Positions 11,865 through 25,559 of a DNA stretch of 64,000 nucleotides are shown in pieces. This stretch comes from Amphiscolops sp. MND2022 (taxonomy: Eukaryota), in contig OZ076409.1 in NCBI GenBank assembly GCA_964187785.1, positions 77,874,001 to 77,938,000 on the forward strand, written 5' to 3'. The notes below the pieces were generated by a model. It had not been told where the DNA came from. It searched no databases and worked only from the letters and a program-made list of their open reading frames with translations. The translations under genes were made by a program, and so were the position numbers. Numbering within the stretch: the stretch's first letter is position 1; each line of letters starts with the position of its first letter.

Positions 11865-13370
11865 TGTCGCAGGCGGCCGCCTGTGACGGAATATTGTACC
11901 GAATGGGACCCGAAGACGACAATACTAACCCCGGACCGGGCATTTTACCTATTTTAGAGGGAACACCGCAGTACTCTTATTATTTAGTAAACAATAATCT
12001 CATACAGTTTAGTTCATATGTTCACCAGTAATAATCTTTACATGTAAACCAGAAGTGTTACTAATGTGACTCAAGGTCATTTTGACGGCATGACTAATTA
12101 TATTTTGCTACCATTTTATGTAAATTAGTTGATGCATTACATTAATAATAACAGTGTGAACTAGTACCAAAAGGTGCGGAAATGCAGTGCTATTTAGTAA
12201 TGTGATTGACGTTGATAATAGTAGTAAAAAGCAAGATAACTATGCAAGTGAAAGGAAAAGCGTTCAACTGGTTCGCTGCTGCCGTCTAGTTGACGCGTAG
12301 TCACTTCACTTTTAACCAATCACGGCGCTACACTTAGTTATATTTCAATGCCGTCATGTGGACGTTAGGTCCAATTTGTTAAACGCATGTAGCAATAAAT
12401 CTGTAGTTGCATGAAAGTTACCACTAATATCTGCCAATTAATAACTCACATGTTGTTCCCATTTATAGAACTAATGACGTGTGGTTACATGTAATCTCAG
12501 TTGCTATATTTAGAATTGTGATGTAATAGTTATTTTTAATAATGATGTCATTACTATTCTTACCCAATGACACACTAAATATTGAGTGTCATGCGGGTAG
12601 GAGTATATATATACGGAAGCTTAGTTCCAATTCATTCCTTTTGGATACCACAATCTCAATACAAACAATTCTGTTACAATCTTTCAATTTGACAATCTAA
12701 TATTGAACGAAATCTCCTTTTGATATGCCTTCAACTAGAAAGCAGAAAGCGAAAGAGAAACGGTCAAGACATTCTGACGTAATGTCAGATATTGAAAACT
12801 TAGACGTAATATTGGGAAATTACACCAATAGTGAAATTAGAGGTCAAGAAGCCGTTGATCAGATAGAAATTGACACTGAGTCAAGAAGACGGCAACAGGA
12901 TTTAGACCAGAATGAGCCACGTTACAGATCACTCCTAAACACTGATTTGAGTGAAAACAGTGAATTCGCTGTAGAAACTAGTAGAATGATAAACTCAGAA
13001 ATTTCATCGCAACTGTCAAGGAAAATAGAGGAAATGAAATCAGACTTAAATTCTCATATTTTGGAGGTTATTAACTCAGCAATCGAGGAAAGGACATTGC
13101 CAAGCATTGAAAATGTGATTACAAACAATAGGGAAGCAAAAAATACAAAATGGGACCTTCAGTCAGATAGACGGCATAAAGATAGAAACATCCAAATGAC
13201 TCAAAATTCGGACCTTGAGTCACATGGACGGCATAAAAGTAAATTTTGCCAACAGGTCCAGGACTCAGGGGAGAACTTTCCTAAATTAATCTCAACTTCC
13301 AGTAACCAGAATAATCACCGTAGGGAGAATCTAGTAGATTTCGAACAAAGTGATGATGATGGTTACGACA
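11865..13370 (+). mobile_element. Solo LTR (1506 bp) of a Gypsy family whose gag starts inside the LTR
   Basis: tgtcg...cgaca termini, perfect 5-bp TSD CCTAG (11860-11864, 13371-13375), TATA-like gtatatatata near 12603, and an ORF running off the right end. Confidence 0.9.
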
Positions 13371-13375
13371 CCTAG
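12725..13375 (+). pseudogene. N-terminal Gag fragment (216 aa) carried by the solo LTR; the stop codon is supplied by the TSD
   Basis: MPSTRKQKAK start resembles MSTTRSQKRR of the gag at 32178; predicted helical middle region; truncated exactly at the LTR end. Confidence 0.75.
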
Positions 13376-14374
13376 CGAAGCGCTTTTTTTATTACAAGTG
13401 GCTCGTATGGTCAAGGACTTAAGAATTATATTAGGTGTAATTTTGTTAAAATCACTATGTCGAGTACACATCTGAAATGTTGAGTAAGACTGGGGTTCCT
13501 TGAAACAGTGTACAATCTATAATGTGCAGCCGTGGATTTATAAACCCCACTTACATTTAGAGTGTCCCTGAGACTAGTTTGCCGCTGCTGATCTTTTCAT
13601 GACTTGCTGAACTGGTAGCCTTCTGTTTCTTAAAATTCATAACGCTTCTCAGTGAATCTTAAAATTCTTGAAATTTAAATTAAATCTCATTGGGCCTCCG
13701 GCTAATTTGGTGGCTGTTTTCAAGTAAGCCTGTCAGGGTTTTCATGTTCTGTATTATTCTCTCACTACTTTCCTTACTATGTGTTTTGCAAAGCTCTCGA
13801 TTCTACTCACTGTTCATATCTTTCCTTCACTGAGTAAAATGGACGTTATTAGTTCATCATTCATATCATGAAAAGTCCTTCTCTCGTGACTTGTCCCAGA
13901 TACAACTTGTATCTATATTTTTCAAGTCTGAGATGATGTCAGACTTACAAGACCTTCTTTTCTTGACTTTCTGTCTCCTTGCTGAGGCATTGGGATAGAG
14001 GTTTGATTAAATTCAAGAGAAAAACAGTTCTTTGTATGAGAGGAAAAAAAGAATAAGTTGGTGGTAGAAATATAAATGAAAAAGTCAGAGTAATCAGAAG
14101 ATCGTTGGAGAATTGTTGGATTTACCCGGCATTTTCTTGAGAAAGACAAGACATTCATTTTTAATCTAGTCATTTTGTCAACATTCGAATCAGTTTACTT
14201 GATATCGGACATTGTCAGTATGACCCTATACTGAAAATCAGAGGAGCCGCGTGCCTGATGCCATGCACATCAAGGTTTGTATCTTTGAGAATAGACCCAA
14301 TTCACATTTTCTATCATATCTATGAATCTAATTTTGTCGTGTGCGACATATGGCAAAAGAAATAAACGGAAATT

Positions 14375-14550
14375 AACTCAGAACTTGTGATGTTTAATTC
14401 TATCTTTCGAAACTTGTGTAACTTTATCTTTATCACTTCCCCGTCCAACTCCGAATCACATAAACTCAGAATTTGTGATGTTTAATTTTATCTTTCGCAA
14501 CTTGTGTAGTTTTATCTCTATTATTTCCCCCTTTCAACTCTGAATTGTGA
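14375..14550. repeat. 88-bp tandem duplication
   Basis: aactcagaa(c/t)ttgtgatgtttaatt at 14375 and 14463. Confidence 0.85.
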
Positions 14551-15097
14551 ACACGTCCGGATATGTTCACTCGCTCTGTTGAAGCGACACTACACATTCC
14601 TTATATGGTCAAACCACATGACGTCAAATGACATCATTTTGTCGTAGACGCTACGCCTGCGAATAACACATACAAAACGCTCTCGTTTGTATGGTCATAT
14701 GACATGACGACATATGACGACATACTCGTCAGCCAATCACAACTGTGATTGAATTTTATTGGTTGACGAAGCGAGCGAATTTAGTATAAATACGGGCCAA
14801 AATTTCACCTCTCAGAGCTCTTCTTTTGCAATTTCACTAAATCGATAAACCTCACTCTTCTTCTTAACTTCTTCTTCTTGGGTTCAATCCCCACCATCAG
14901 TGCGGCGCAGTATTTGTTAGTTAAAACCTTTTCAACTTTCTTTTGGAGCTTTCACTTTCATTTTTCTAAGATCTTTTCTTAACTTTAACTTTAACTTAAT
15001 TTAACTTAGCGTTTTTGCTTAAACCTAAATTTTGTCTCAGTCCTTTTCTTAACTTAAACTCAAATCAGTAACCTTTAAATTTTTACAAGTCTTGGCT

Positions 15098-15395
15098 CAA
15101 TTTTGTCTTAGACGATTTTCAACCCTGCTTTCAAGCTAAACCAATTCTATCTTAGACTTTTGTCAAGCCTGCTTTCTAGTTAAAGCAATTTTGACTTAGA
15201 CGATTTTCAACCCTGCCTTCAAGTTAAAGCAATTCTATTTTAAACTTTTGTCAACCCTGCTTTCTCGTTAAAGCAATTTTGTCTTAGACGATTTCGAGCC
15301 CTGCTTCCAGGTTGAAGCAATTTTATCTTAGATTATTTTCAATCACTATTCTCGAGCCAAAAGAATTTCAAGTTGTGCTCTCAAGTTAGAGCAAT
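15098..15395. repeat. 44-bp minisatellite, ~6 copies, alternating subtypes
   Basis: caatt anchor at 15098, 15142, 15186, 15230, 15274 and 15318. Confidence 0.9.
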
Positions 15396-16449
15396 CATTC
15401 TCTTATGTTGGAGTTTCAGTTGACTTTTGACTTCATACAGAAGCTATTATACCGTCTTTGTTCAACAAAGATTGGATAGTCCATGCTTTACAGTGGACTC
15501 TAAACCAAAGTCTGGTGGTACTCACTGACTCTAAACTAAGCACCACAGCCTCAGCTGGGTCATAAGAGACTTAAATAACTTAGCTTTTGTTTGACTCTTC
15601 AAGTCGAACAGTTCTCAAATTGAGACAAAGAGTAGCCGTATAGCACTCTATAAAATCAGTATAACAATCTGTTGTCCTTTAATCAAAGAATAGCAATCCG
15701 CTATCTTTCCCAGTCCGTGACAATCGGTGGACTATAAGCACTGTGCTAGCTATTTGCTGCACTTTAGAAAAGAGGCTTAACCTCTGACTTGGAAAAAACC
15801 TAAAAATAACTTATTAAACTTAATAATTCCTTCTCTCAGTAACTTAACCATTATCTTTTAACGATTGATATTAAACCAGATTTAGTTACATTCTTTTCAT
15901 TTAGTTTGATTTGTGCACTCTGTTTTTGTATAAGTGACATTTGTAACAATTTTAATATAAATAAAGAAAGCTTCAATTTACATATTCTTGGACCAAATCA
16001 TTCTTTTCTCCCGGTTCGTAGAAATAAAGTCCTTCCTTTCGAACTCACGCTTGAGACGACCTTTGTTGAAGTGTAGGAAGGCACAGTCGCGAAAATTTTA
16101 AGTACTAGACTACTTTGAGATTTAAAACGAGAAAGAACTCGTAACATAGACCAAAATTGAGACTTATGAGACTTATAATTTTTCTTATCAAACAATCAAC
16201 CTACACGCACTTCACAATTTTAAAAACTTTAATTATGTTTCAAACGAGAATGGTCTCAATGTCTCATTAGCAAGGAGAGTTAAAATAGTTTTTCAACTAT
16301 ATTCAACTATATTCAACTATTTATTAAAGTCTCATTGTTCTGACAGAACACCGGCTGATCGCCCTAGCTTACGTGAAAATAGCGAGCTGACTCAACTTTT
16401 GAAAACTGTAGATCTATTTGATACTGTGCGAGCTGCGAAATTGGCGTAT

Positions 16450-17262
16450 CTCATGATCAAAAATCGGATGTTACCCAGCGTTTGAATACAAATTTTCACC
16501 AACGCAACAAAACTCTTCAACGCACGGAAAAGCAAAGATTTTCACAAGTCAAACTCAACACACGTTTAGAAAAGTGGGCTAATGCATTGGCGAGAGCAAA
16601 TATACCATTCAAGCTTGCCGACACACTGGGGAGTCAGCTGGGTTACCTAGTTGTAAGTTCGTCTGCCAAACAATACCAATTATCAATGAAGGTTATCAAT
16701 AGTGTTCAGGGGCCTCTCTTTTGCAGTATCCTACGGAAACTCTTTACACAGTGTTGAAAGTCGAAAAATCGAAGCATATCAGTTTCGACTCTTGGTTACG
16801 CACCGGCAGCATATCTAAATCTATTGCACGTAACCAGTGTATTTCACGCAACACATCTGACCTATTTCTAATCAGGTTAACTCCTTGGACCAGGCCGGAT
16901 TGATTGTCGAAGAAGTGAAACGTCCTTTCAATTATTCAGCATCCCAGCAGGAATTAAGTTCTTTTATTTCTTTGAAACGAGCAGTTGAGGTCGAGAAAGA
17001 AATGCAGTCAATCGCAAAGAATTTACAACAACACTTCAATTTACTGCACACTTTTAGGAGGCAATTTATGGTACTGAAGCAGAAGAAAAATTCAGAACAG
17101 TTCTGTAGAAAAATTCAGACTTGGACAAATTGCGTGAAAATATGGCTGTTTTCACACATTTGCAATATCATTCATGCGATATGGATCGATTTTTCAGTCT
17201 TATGTAAGCAAGAGAACCTAATTCTGTTAACAGAATCACTGAAAACGTGCAAAAGTTCTTAA
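16450..17262 (+). pseudogene. Decayed hAT-like transposase fragment
   Basis: WANALARANIPFKLAD and HISFDSW resemble the conserved hAT 'aniPf' and first catalytic 'sxDxW' segments. Several frameshifts; no termini found. Confidence 0.45.
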
Positions 17263-18231
17263 TTGTACGATTGATTTAATTCAATTATTTCAATCACTTA
17301 ATTTACGTTTTTTTGCAACTATTTAGGTAATTTTCTGCAAATATTTTAACTCTCCCTGCTCATTAGTAAGTTTTAGGAAGTTGAATGTATGCTCTAAATA
17401 CATCAATGCTGTAAACAGATAGGAAAAGCATCGTGATAAGCGTCCATAGGTAATGTCCAGAGTCATATTCACAGTGATTTGGAATTGCCCAGTTACCGTA
17501 GCCTGGGGACAACCCAGCAACTGGGTCTACGCTTTGTGTCAGTATTGTGTCAGCAACGTACTAACTAACTAAATGACATCGCAAATTGTCTCGTCGTTGA
17601 ATTATGTGCTTCTTTTAATCACAAAATCATTCGAAATTTGAACCAAACTTGGATAGAACTGTAGACAAAAGGAAAAAATCACCTTCAAGAAATCTTTGGG
17701 ATTTTTCCATTTCCTCAATTGACAATGTTTACTCAGTAGCTATTTATCACTTTGCTGCGCTCTGTCGATCAAAACTCAAAAAAATTGTGACAGATATGCA
17801 AAAAATAGTTGAAAGTCGAAGACAATTCCGTCTTCAGGAAATTTCAGATCTTAAATTCGAGCACAATTTCATTGTTTTCCTATAAAAGACCTGTGGGTGA
17901 TGTGTGTTTTATCGCTCAACTTGTGGATATTTATGAACCACTACAACAATGAAAAACGTTCAAAAACAGTCAAAATAAAAAACTGACTTGTTTGTTTCCT
18001 TTTAGTCATTTCAGTCACTTTTCAATGCAAAAAGCTGTTGAAAATGAAATTTTCTTTGGAAAACGAAAAAAAAATCATTAGAAGTAGTACTCTAATAAAA
18101 ACACTTACCCTGATAAAAAAACTTGGCACTGAAAGAAATATTTTCTCGTAATTTGTGTGACTAGTAAATATGAAGAATACTTGGAATTTACCGTTGGGCA
18201 AAATTTTTCAAAATATTAGTTTTGACATTAA

Positions 18232-18774
18232 CCCTAGATGGACGACGGTACGATTTCGTACCAGTTACTTTTTGTAAAATTCTGAAGGCACTTAGCCGTA
18301 TGGTAATGAAAACTCGTGAATAAAATTTTCAGACGTTTTTACATAGCATTGTTGGCTTTTTCACCGAATAGAGACTTGATGTCTCCGAAATTGAGAAAAC
18401 GGGACCAACAAATAAAAACATTGACCGCAGATTTTCAGTTTTTCAAGATTTCGTTTGTGGCCACTTTGTTCGACTGGTATCAAGACTGGTTCAAAGTGGC
18501 CCTAGCATGTTTGCAAACACGCTGGAATGAAGTAAAAGGCACGAGGCGTGCAAAGTTTGGCGCAAAGTCCGGAGCCAGTGCTCGCAAAGAAAACTTTGCG
18601 AGCAAGGGGCCACCCAGCCCAGCAGTTCAAAAATCTTTTTGAAAGCCCTGATTGTCTTCTTTCGAACGGGCTATAAATCGCTTGTCGGACTTACTTAGTT
18701 AGGGAGATATTGCGGTTTAAAGTTGAAGCATCCGATTTTTGGATGATTCTGGAAACTGCCTCGTCCATTTAGGG
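18232..18774. mobile_element. piggyBac-type MITE (543 bp)
   Basis: TTAA on both sides (18228-18231, 18775-18778). TIR ccctagatggacga / tcgtccatttaggg (13 of 14 match). No coding capacity. Confidence 0.9.
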
Positions 18775-19649
18775 TTAAAATAGTGAAAAAGACATGAAAC
18801 AGTTTCTGTTAAAGAAAAGAATAATCTGCTAGATTTATCTAACTAACTTCTGCTTGTTTCAGGAACAAAGAGAAAGCGAGACAAGAATCTATTGCTTATG
18901 CGACCATATGGTGAAACAGAATTGTCCATCAACAAGATGGTTTACAGTGTTGCTAGTACCAATTTACAACTGTTTCATCAACAACAATAAACATGAAAAA
19001 AAAATGGCATCTAATGGTCAATGTAGATTAATTATATTAATTTCAGTTCTTTTTAATTAATTGTTTTGAGTTTCTTTTCTAGTTTTCTAGCCGAGGTGTT
19101 TGAAACCTCGTTACATTCTCCTTGATTCTTGACGAGCTTTATCAAGGGTTATTTTTATCAAGGGTTATTTAAAGAAATCTTTAGGCAGTTGGGTTAGTTT
19201 TGTTTTGTTTTGCTGTGTTTTCATCTTTACTTCTGGGCTGGTTAATTTTCGTCACTTGAGATTGTAAATATCTCCCATTCATCTGATCTGGTGGTGTTGT
19301 CCACTCCGCATATCATTATCGGATTCCCATAATTTTCCAGTGCAATACGGTTTCATTTTGGGCGTTCTTCGCTGGCGGTGCTGGTTCGTTCTGTTTCACT
19401 TTCTGGCTTTTCTTTTTCTACTTTCGGTTTTTCCCAATTGACGGTGGCTTGTATTGGCTGGTTCAATTGTTAGCACTGGTTCATTTGTTTTCTTTCTATT
19501 TGGCATTTGGCCAATTCTTCTTCTTCATCTGATTCTAACATTTCCCGCCAATTTTTAGAAGTATGAATTCAGCCGGTATCCTCTTCGACTTCCTCTTCTT
19601 TGATTTTTTTTGTTCGTCATGTTTCTTTTGTTGGGCCTCTTTGTTCGTT

Positions 19650-20870
19650 TGGCTTTCGTTTCGCGTTTTCTGATTGGCTACTTTGTTGGACCAATTGCTA
19701 TCGTGGTTTCGCTATTTCTCTCTTGCTGAATGTTTTCTGTTGTGCTGTGTTGCCAGCTCCCTTCATGGTTATCGTGTGTGGCGTTTCACTGATTATTCTG
19801 CCTTTGTAAGTGTCTTCTAATTTTGAGCCCCGTGCTCGTTCTCGCACCATTATCTCCGAGTCTTGCTCCCAGGGAAAGTCGCTCATTTCCAGTTCGAAGT
19901 TGCTGTCGTTATCTGAAACAGCCTAGTGATTTGTAGTTGGTTTTGTAGTTTTTTATAACTTTAATTGTAGTCAGTTTTTTCCTAGTTGGAGTTCCGCCGG
20001 TGACTGTTTATAACCTTTTCGTGCGTTCCGTAGAGCATATAGTATTTCGGATAATCCCGTGTTCATTTTTTTTATTTCTACCTTTTTGTTTGCTCTCAAT
20101 CTCTCGTTTACCGTTCGTATTAGTCTATACACCTTTCCATTACCACGATGTCATGTTTCCGTCGGTTAAAGTCCACATAGTTTTAGTTAGTTGGTAGCTC
20201 TCGGATGAATAGTGTTTTCCGTTTCATTAGCTTTTTGAGTTCGTCTATTTCAATATTGTTACTGTCGACCCTGAGTCCACGATTGTCTTGAATTCATTCC
20301 CGTTGATTTTTCCTTTCATCGTAAAGTGCCCGTTCTCGTCTCTTTCGATAGTTAATACTACTTTTTCTTCATCTACTAGTGATCCTTCTTCATTTTCGCT
20401 TTCGCTCCTTTCATCAATTCGTTGAATCTTTTGTGGCGGTTTTGCAACTTTTCTGCTTTTTGCAAAAACTCCAGCTTCTCTTGTTTGGCAGCACTTTGCA
20501 AAGTGGCCCCTTTTTCCACATTTCATGCATGTTAATCCCATCGCCTTGCATTCTTCCAGATGCTGAAAGGTGAAATTTCCTTCACAACGAAAACATTTCT
20601 TTGTGGGTCCACATCTTTTTGTGTTTTCGTTTATGTTGTTTATTTCTGTGGGTTCGATTTTTATTATTGGCTCACCTGTTTTGACGAATGATCGTTGTCT
20701 GATAGTTCCCTCTTAGTAGGCTATCGCAAATTGGATATTTTCATTCACAGTTGTTTCAGGTTCGGTACACCGCTTCTGCTGCACCTCTTTGTTGATCAAA
20801 TTCACGATGAATACGTCTTTCACTAAGCTGTCTGTTATAGCGCCGAAGTTGCATTTGGCAGTTAGGATTG
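19650..20870 (-). pseudogene. Internally deleted, decayed Ty3/Gypsy relic (gag knuckles, protease, integrase C-terminus)
   Basis: CMKCGKRGHFAKCC knuckle and IVDSGS protease motif, followed directly by an integrase C-terminal-like segment (RARGSKLEDTYKG). RT/RH not seen; bounds approximate. Confidence 0.8.
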
Positions 20871-21634
20871 ATATTGACAGGTTTAAACTAGCGTGCAGCG
20901 CTTTCCCTTTAGGTTGCTGTTCATTTACATCAGTTTGTAATAATCAAGTCATAAAACCACTTGCGTAAGTAAATTTTCATATAATTGCAACACATGCTAC
21001 ACGTTTACGGAGTAAATTATTGCGTTTTTGTGCCAAGGATTAATAGACAATCATTTGTAGATGTTTTTGCCTGAAACGAAGAGCCCAAAATATTTGACTA
21101 AAAAGCAAGTTCATTTTAATTCTCAAATCTAGTCGAGAATTCTAGAACACAATTAATTTTCAACATGCAAACGAAAGTAGTCGTCATTACCAAAAGAAAA
21201 TCGGAGAGTACATTATGCAAAATGATGTTGCTCATTCCATTTCAGTTGATGATTGGATACTATAGATTCAAATTGGTATAGTGTGGAGAGTTCTATAATT
21301 TACTCAAGGGGCCAACTCAGCTATATTTCGAAGTATCTTAGAGTTGGGTTAGAGTAGTTCGTGGCGGTTGAAGTTTGATATGTAGCTAGGTAGTCAACGA
21401 GCGACGAATTTCAACAGCTTACCTCATTATAAAAGTTATTCGACTCCTGAGAAAATAGATGTTCATTTCTCTTTGGATTTCTATTTTCCCGTGTTTGTTA
21501 CGTCATCAGTTTCAATCCACACTGCCGAGTTCTGAATATGCACAGGTGCTGTTTTCAAAAAGTTCAGAACATCTCACTGACGAAACAATCCATATGGGAT
21601 AACCTTTTGGACACGAAGGCCTTTTCAATTACCG

Positions 21635-22381
21635 TTTTTAGTGGGCGCTTCATGAAGTGAAATGCGACTATACTAGTGACTCTTTTTTTCAATCCACACA
21701 AACTGACAAAAAACATGTACAATGTTCTACAAAATTTTAAGGTGTCAAAATGGACCATTTGGCCCAGGAAACTGAATTGTAAAGGTTGATCCTTTTTTCA
21801 GCGTAACATACAATACCAGACAAGTCTAAAGGGTCCCCCTCTCAGTTTTTTTTCGGCATTGAGAGACTTTTTCGGGAAAATTTCCAAGGGGAGATCCAAT
21901 ATATTCAAAATACACCCATCAATTTTCTTTGAATTTTGCATTAATGGATGTTAAAAATTCCAAAGAGTCCCCCCTTTCACATTTTGAGCACTATGAGACT
22001 TCAAAATTCTCATTTTTCGCTCTTTTTCGAAAATTTAAGAAATTTTGAATGTCTCCAAAGGTTCCCCCTTCATTTTTTTTGTTATTTGCCAGTTCGGTCC
22101 TTTTTTTGGTTTTCCGGGTACTGTAGAAGAGAATACTTGACACTTTGTGAAGCCGAATGACAATATTTTACGGATTTTTTCCGAAATCAGAATTCCTACG
22201 AAATATCAGAGAGCTGAACTATAAAAGTAGTTCTTTTTCTTCAGCGTACCCTTTTAGCGCGCCAGTTCGGTCCAACTTTGGGGTTTTTCGGGTACTGTAG
22301 AAGAAAATACTTGACACTTTGAAGTCCTTGTGCTATTTTTTAGCCTTGATAGGGCGCCAACTTATGCCGTTCATGGCTTAT
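21635..22381 (+). mobile_element. Helentron-type non-autonomous element (HINE/DINE-1-like), copy B
   Basis: 5' ttttagtgggcgc subTIR with nearby IR (cgacta); 3' subTIR ggcgccaact, short stem-loop and ttatt end. Its 3' end is hit by the LTR element at 22382. Confidence 0.75.
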
Positions 22382-23106
22382 TGTAACGTCAACCACCTAG
22401 CAGAGTACATCATAGAAGTGGGACAATGCCTAGATTGCTTGAACAGGAGACCAGTGTCTTACTACAACCTAGACATTAGTTTTTAATCCCAAAATGGTCT
22501 CCTAAAAGGGACTTTTCCAATACGTCTAAGGAGTCTCCTCAGTTAGAGCTCCGAGGCGACGTGCCGGCTCTCTCAAAGTCCGGACACGTCCCACAAGCCT
22601 GTAAAAACAATTCTTAATGTTCCTGCGTGTTTCTACGTACCTCCGAGGTCCAAAAACAGGGGTTTAGCCAAAGTACATTCAACTAGTGAATAACGTCTAA
22701 ACTGGGTGAAATAAGGGGTAAAACATCACCAAACACCTACAAAAACCGCAAATACGGTACAATAGATTCAGAAAACATCAGGCGTCAGTGTCAACGAGCC
22801 TTGGTCTTGGACCCACTAGGTGGCACATGCAAAATATGCAAACTTCTGAGTTTCTTCATCTCTTGGGCCATTCTTCGGGTTCTGCTGGCAGCTGGGACGT
22901 CTTCCGAGGGAGATGGCACAACACGGCGATTTCGGGGATACTTCTGTGACGGTGTGTTCTCTCTCGGGTAGGGTGGGGGGTGTTTTGCACTATTTTCCAT
23001 CATCTTTTTCGATTTCCAGTACCTGTCAGGTCGGCCATCTTGATTTAGAAATTTTGCTATCGCACATTTCATCGAATTTTTGTGACGTCTTTTGCTGGAC
23101 GTTACA
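22382..23106 (-). repeat. 3' LTR of the non-autonomous element
   Basis: Direct repeat of 27411-28127; differs by a 9-bp indel, a 1-bp indel and a few substitutions. Confidence 0.95.
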
Positions 23107-24224
23107 TCCTCCCCGGGCCGTAGTTTGTCGTCCTCGACAAACGAGAGGGGACGTTCACATCTTGGTTGCTACCATCCAGTGATCCAGTGATACTGTTGCA
23201 ACATGGTACTACAGGAATCTAAATGGAAGTCGTTGCCCAAAAACACGTTATTGCTCAAAAACATGAGTTTTTGCCAGCCTAGCAGGCTTCCTTCAATTCC
23301 ACACCAACAACGGGTTCTTGCACTGGAAAAATATTAGCAACTTTAGATACTTAGCCTTATATTCAAAACAATTTCAAACTTTTAATTTCGCACCAAAATT
23401 TCAAAATTCTTAGCACCTTATTGCATCTGCATAAAAAGCACTCATCACAACAGGTTTGGCACTGGCCAGGGGCCCACCTGATAGGTTAGGTTTTACAAAA
23501 TGCACGATAGCACTTGAAAAGCGAAAAATGAAAGTAACAGCTATGGTCTTGCAAAAGCGTCGTAGTTCATGGCCAACAGAAACTGCACAATAAAAAGCAC
23601 AAATAGAAATAGATCCCAAAAATTCAAAAATATCACCAAAAGCGAGGACCCATTCAATCTATTGAGTTAGCAGTGTACGCTCAGATAAAGGTGTTGTGTA
23701 GGTAATATAGGCACAAGTGTATATGTAAAAGATGGAAATAAACTGCTTTTCAAGAGGATGATTATGTCGATAGCGATAATAGACTATGACCAAGGCAAGT
23801 TAAAAAATCAGGTATAGTGGATCATTAAAACAATGAAAACAGTCTTTGTCATTAAAAACAAGTTTCAAAGCAATCATTCGAGTTCTAAAAGCACGGCCGC
23901 AGGCCAAGCAGTTCTCAGAGCTTCGAAGCTCCAGGTGTTTTATCATGCTTGGTGTTGATTCCTTTCGGCAGAGTACAGGTGCTCCCCGGGCCAATTTCTT
24001 GTCCGGTGTTTTCACATCGATATGGTTCACGCAACTGTGGTACCGAGTACCGAGGTTCACCTTAGGCATGAATCGAGCAACGAACATTGATTTTTTGAGT
24101 TTTTGAGAAGCCTGCTTGGCTACAGACGTTAGATTGTCTGAAAAGTCGTTTCGTCACTCATGCTGCCGTGTTTCTGGAGAGCACAAGTAAAAACAAAAAT
24201 GTTATTAGGGACTAGGGGTAGACC

Positions 24225-25559
24225 TTGGGGGTGAGTAGGACAATGGACACTGAGTTTGAAGTGCTTTCTTGCCTTACGATCGTAGCACGATCAATGGAAA
24301 CACAGTTCTTTACAATTTCAAATGCTACTATACTCAATTTTCTGTCTCGAGACGCACCGCGTCCACTATCCACGTCTCCTAGAGAACTCCTAATTGCGTT
24401 CTAGCTCTCTCGCGTCACTTCTCAGTCGAGGCGAACGTGAATGCACCTATCAGTTCGCACTTGAGTGACCCTGGTGGCCGTTGGGAGAGAAAATACAATT
24501 TTTGTGTTTTTCACTCCTATGTCTCGTAGACAGCTTTTTGACAAACCCAAGATTTTAGGGTTGAGCTAGCTCCAGTCTGATTACTTCAATGGGACGTGCT
24601 ATGGATGCCTGCTGTAGAACTAGGGTCGTTTAAACCTTCACTCGCAACTACACCTACGAAAAGTGTATAATTTTTCGCAAAATTTCTCAAAATCGGCAAT
24701 TCTTTCGCCAAGGTGCACGCCTGGGGAAGGTGAAAATCACTTCTAGAGCTACTAGCGACCTGAAAAGATAACACGGTATACTACTGTGACCAAATCGTGG
24801 GAAATTCACCGCCGATTGCGCCACAATTGATTATACGTGACTTGGGGTTGCTTCAGAATGTTGTTTGAAGAATCGACTATGTTGTGAAAGACATTGGGGG
24901 TGAGTAGGACGAGGGACACTGAGTTTGAAGTGCTTTCTTGCCTTACAATCGTAGCAAAATCAGAAAAAGCGTTCTTTTTCAACTATGGTAGTTACTATAG
25001 CCTTTGTTGTTTTGTTTTGAGACGCACTGCGTACAAAGTCTAAACATCTAAAAGTGCCTATAAACGCGCTCCAGCACCCGTAGGGCCCGTAGGGCACTGA
25101 GTGTGCCTAATCTCAATGAATAGATTGCACTCAAGTGATTTTGATAGCTGTTGAGGGAAGAAACAAGGTTTTTGTGATTTTCGCTACTACGTCTCGTAGA
25201 CAGTTTTTCGACGAACCCAAGATCTTAGGGTTGGCCTGGCTCTATTCAAAGTGCTTCAACAGGGCGTGCTATGGGTGCCTGGTGTAGGAATAGGGTTGTG
25301 GGAGTCCTCACTTACGACTTCATTTACGAAAAGTATGTTACTTTTCGCAAAAGTTCCCAAAATCAGCAACTTTGTTGCCCAATTGCACGTCTGGGAAAGG
25401 TGAAAATCACTTCTAGAGCTGGTAGCGACCTGAAAGTTTAACACGGTATACTACTGAGGCCAAATCGTGGAAAACCCACTGCCGATTGCGCTAAAATTGA
25501 TTACACGTGACTTGGGGCCGCTTAAAAATGTTGTTACGAAAATCGACTATGTTGTGAAA
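24225..25559. repeat. Diverged ~670-bp tandem duplication inside the LTR element
   Basis: ttgggggtgagtaggac...gactatgttgtgaaa occurs at ~24225-24889 and ~24894-25559. Confidence 0.9.
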
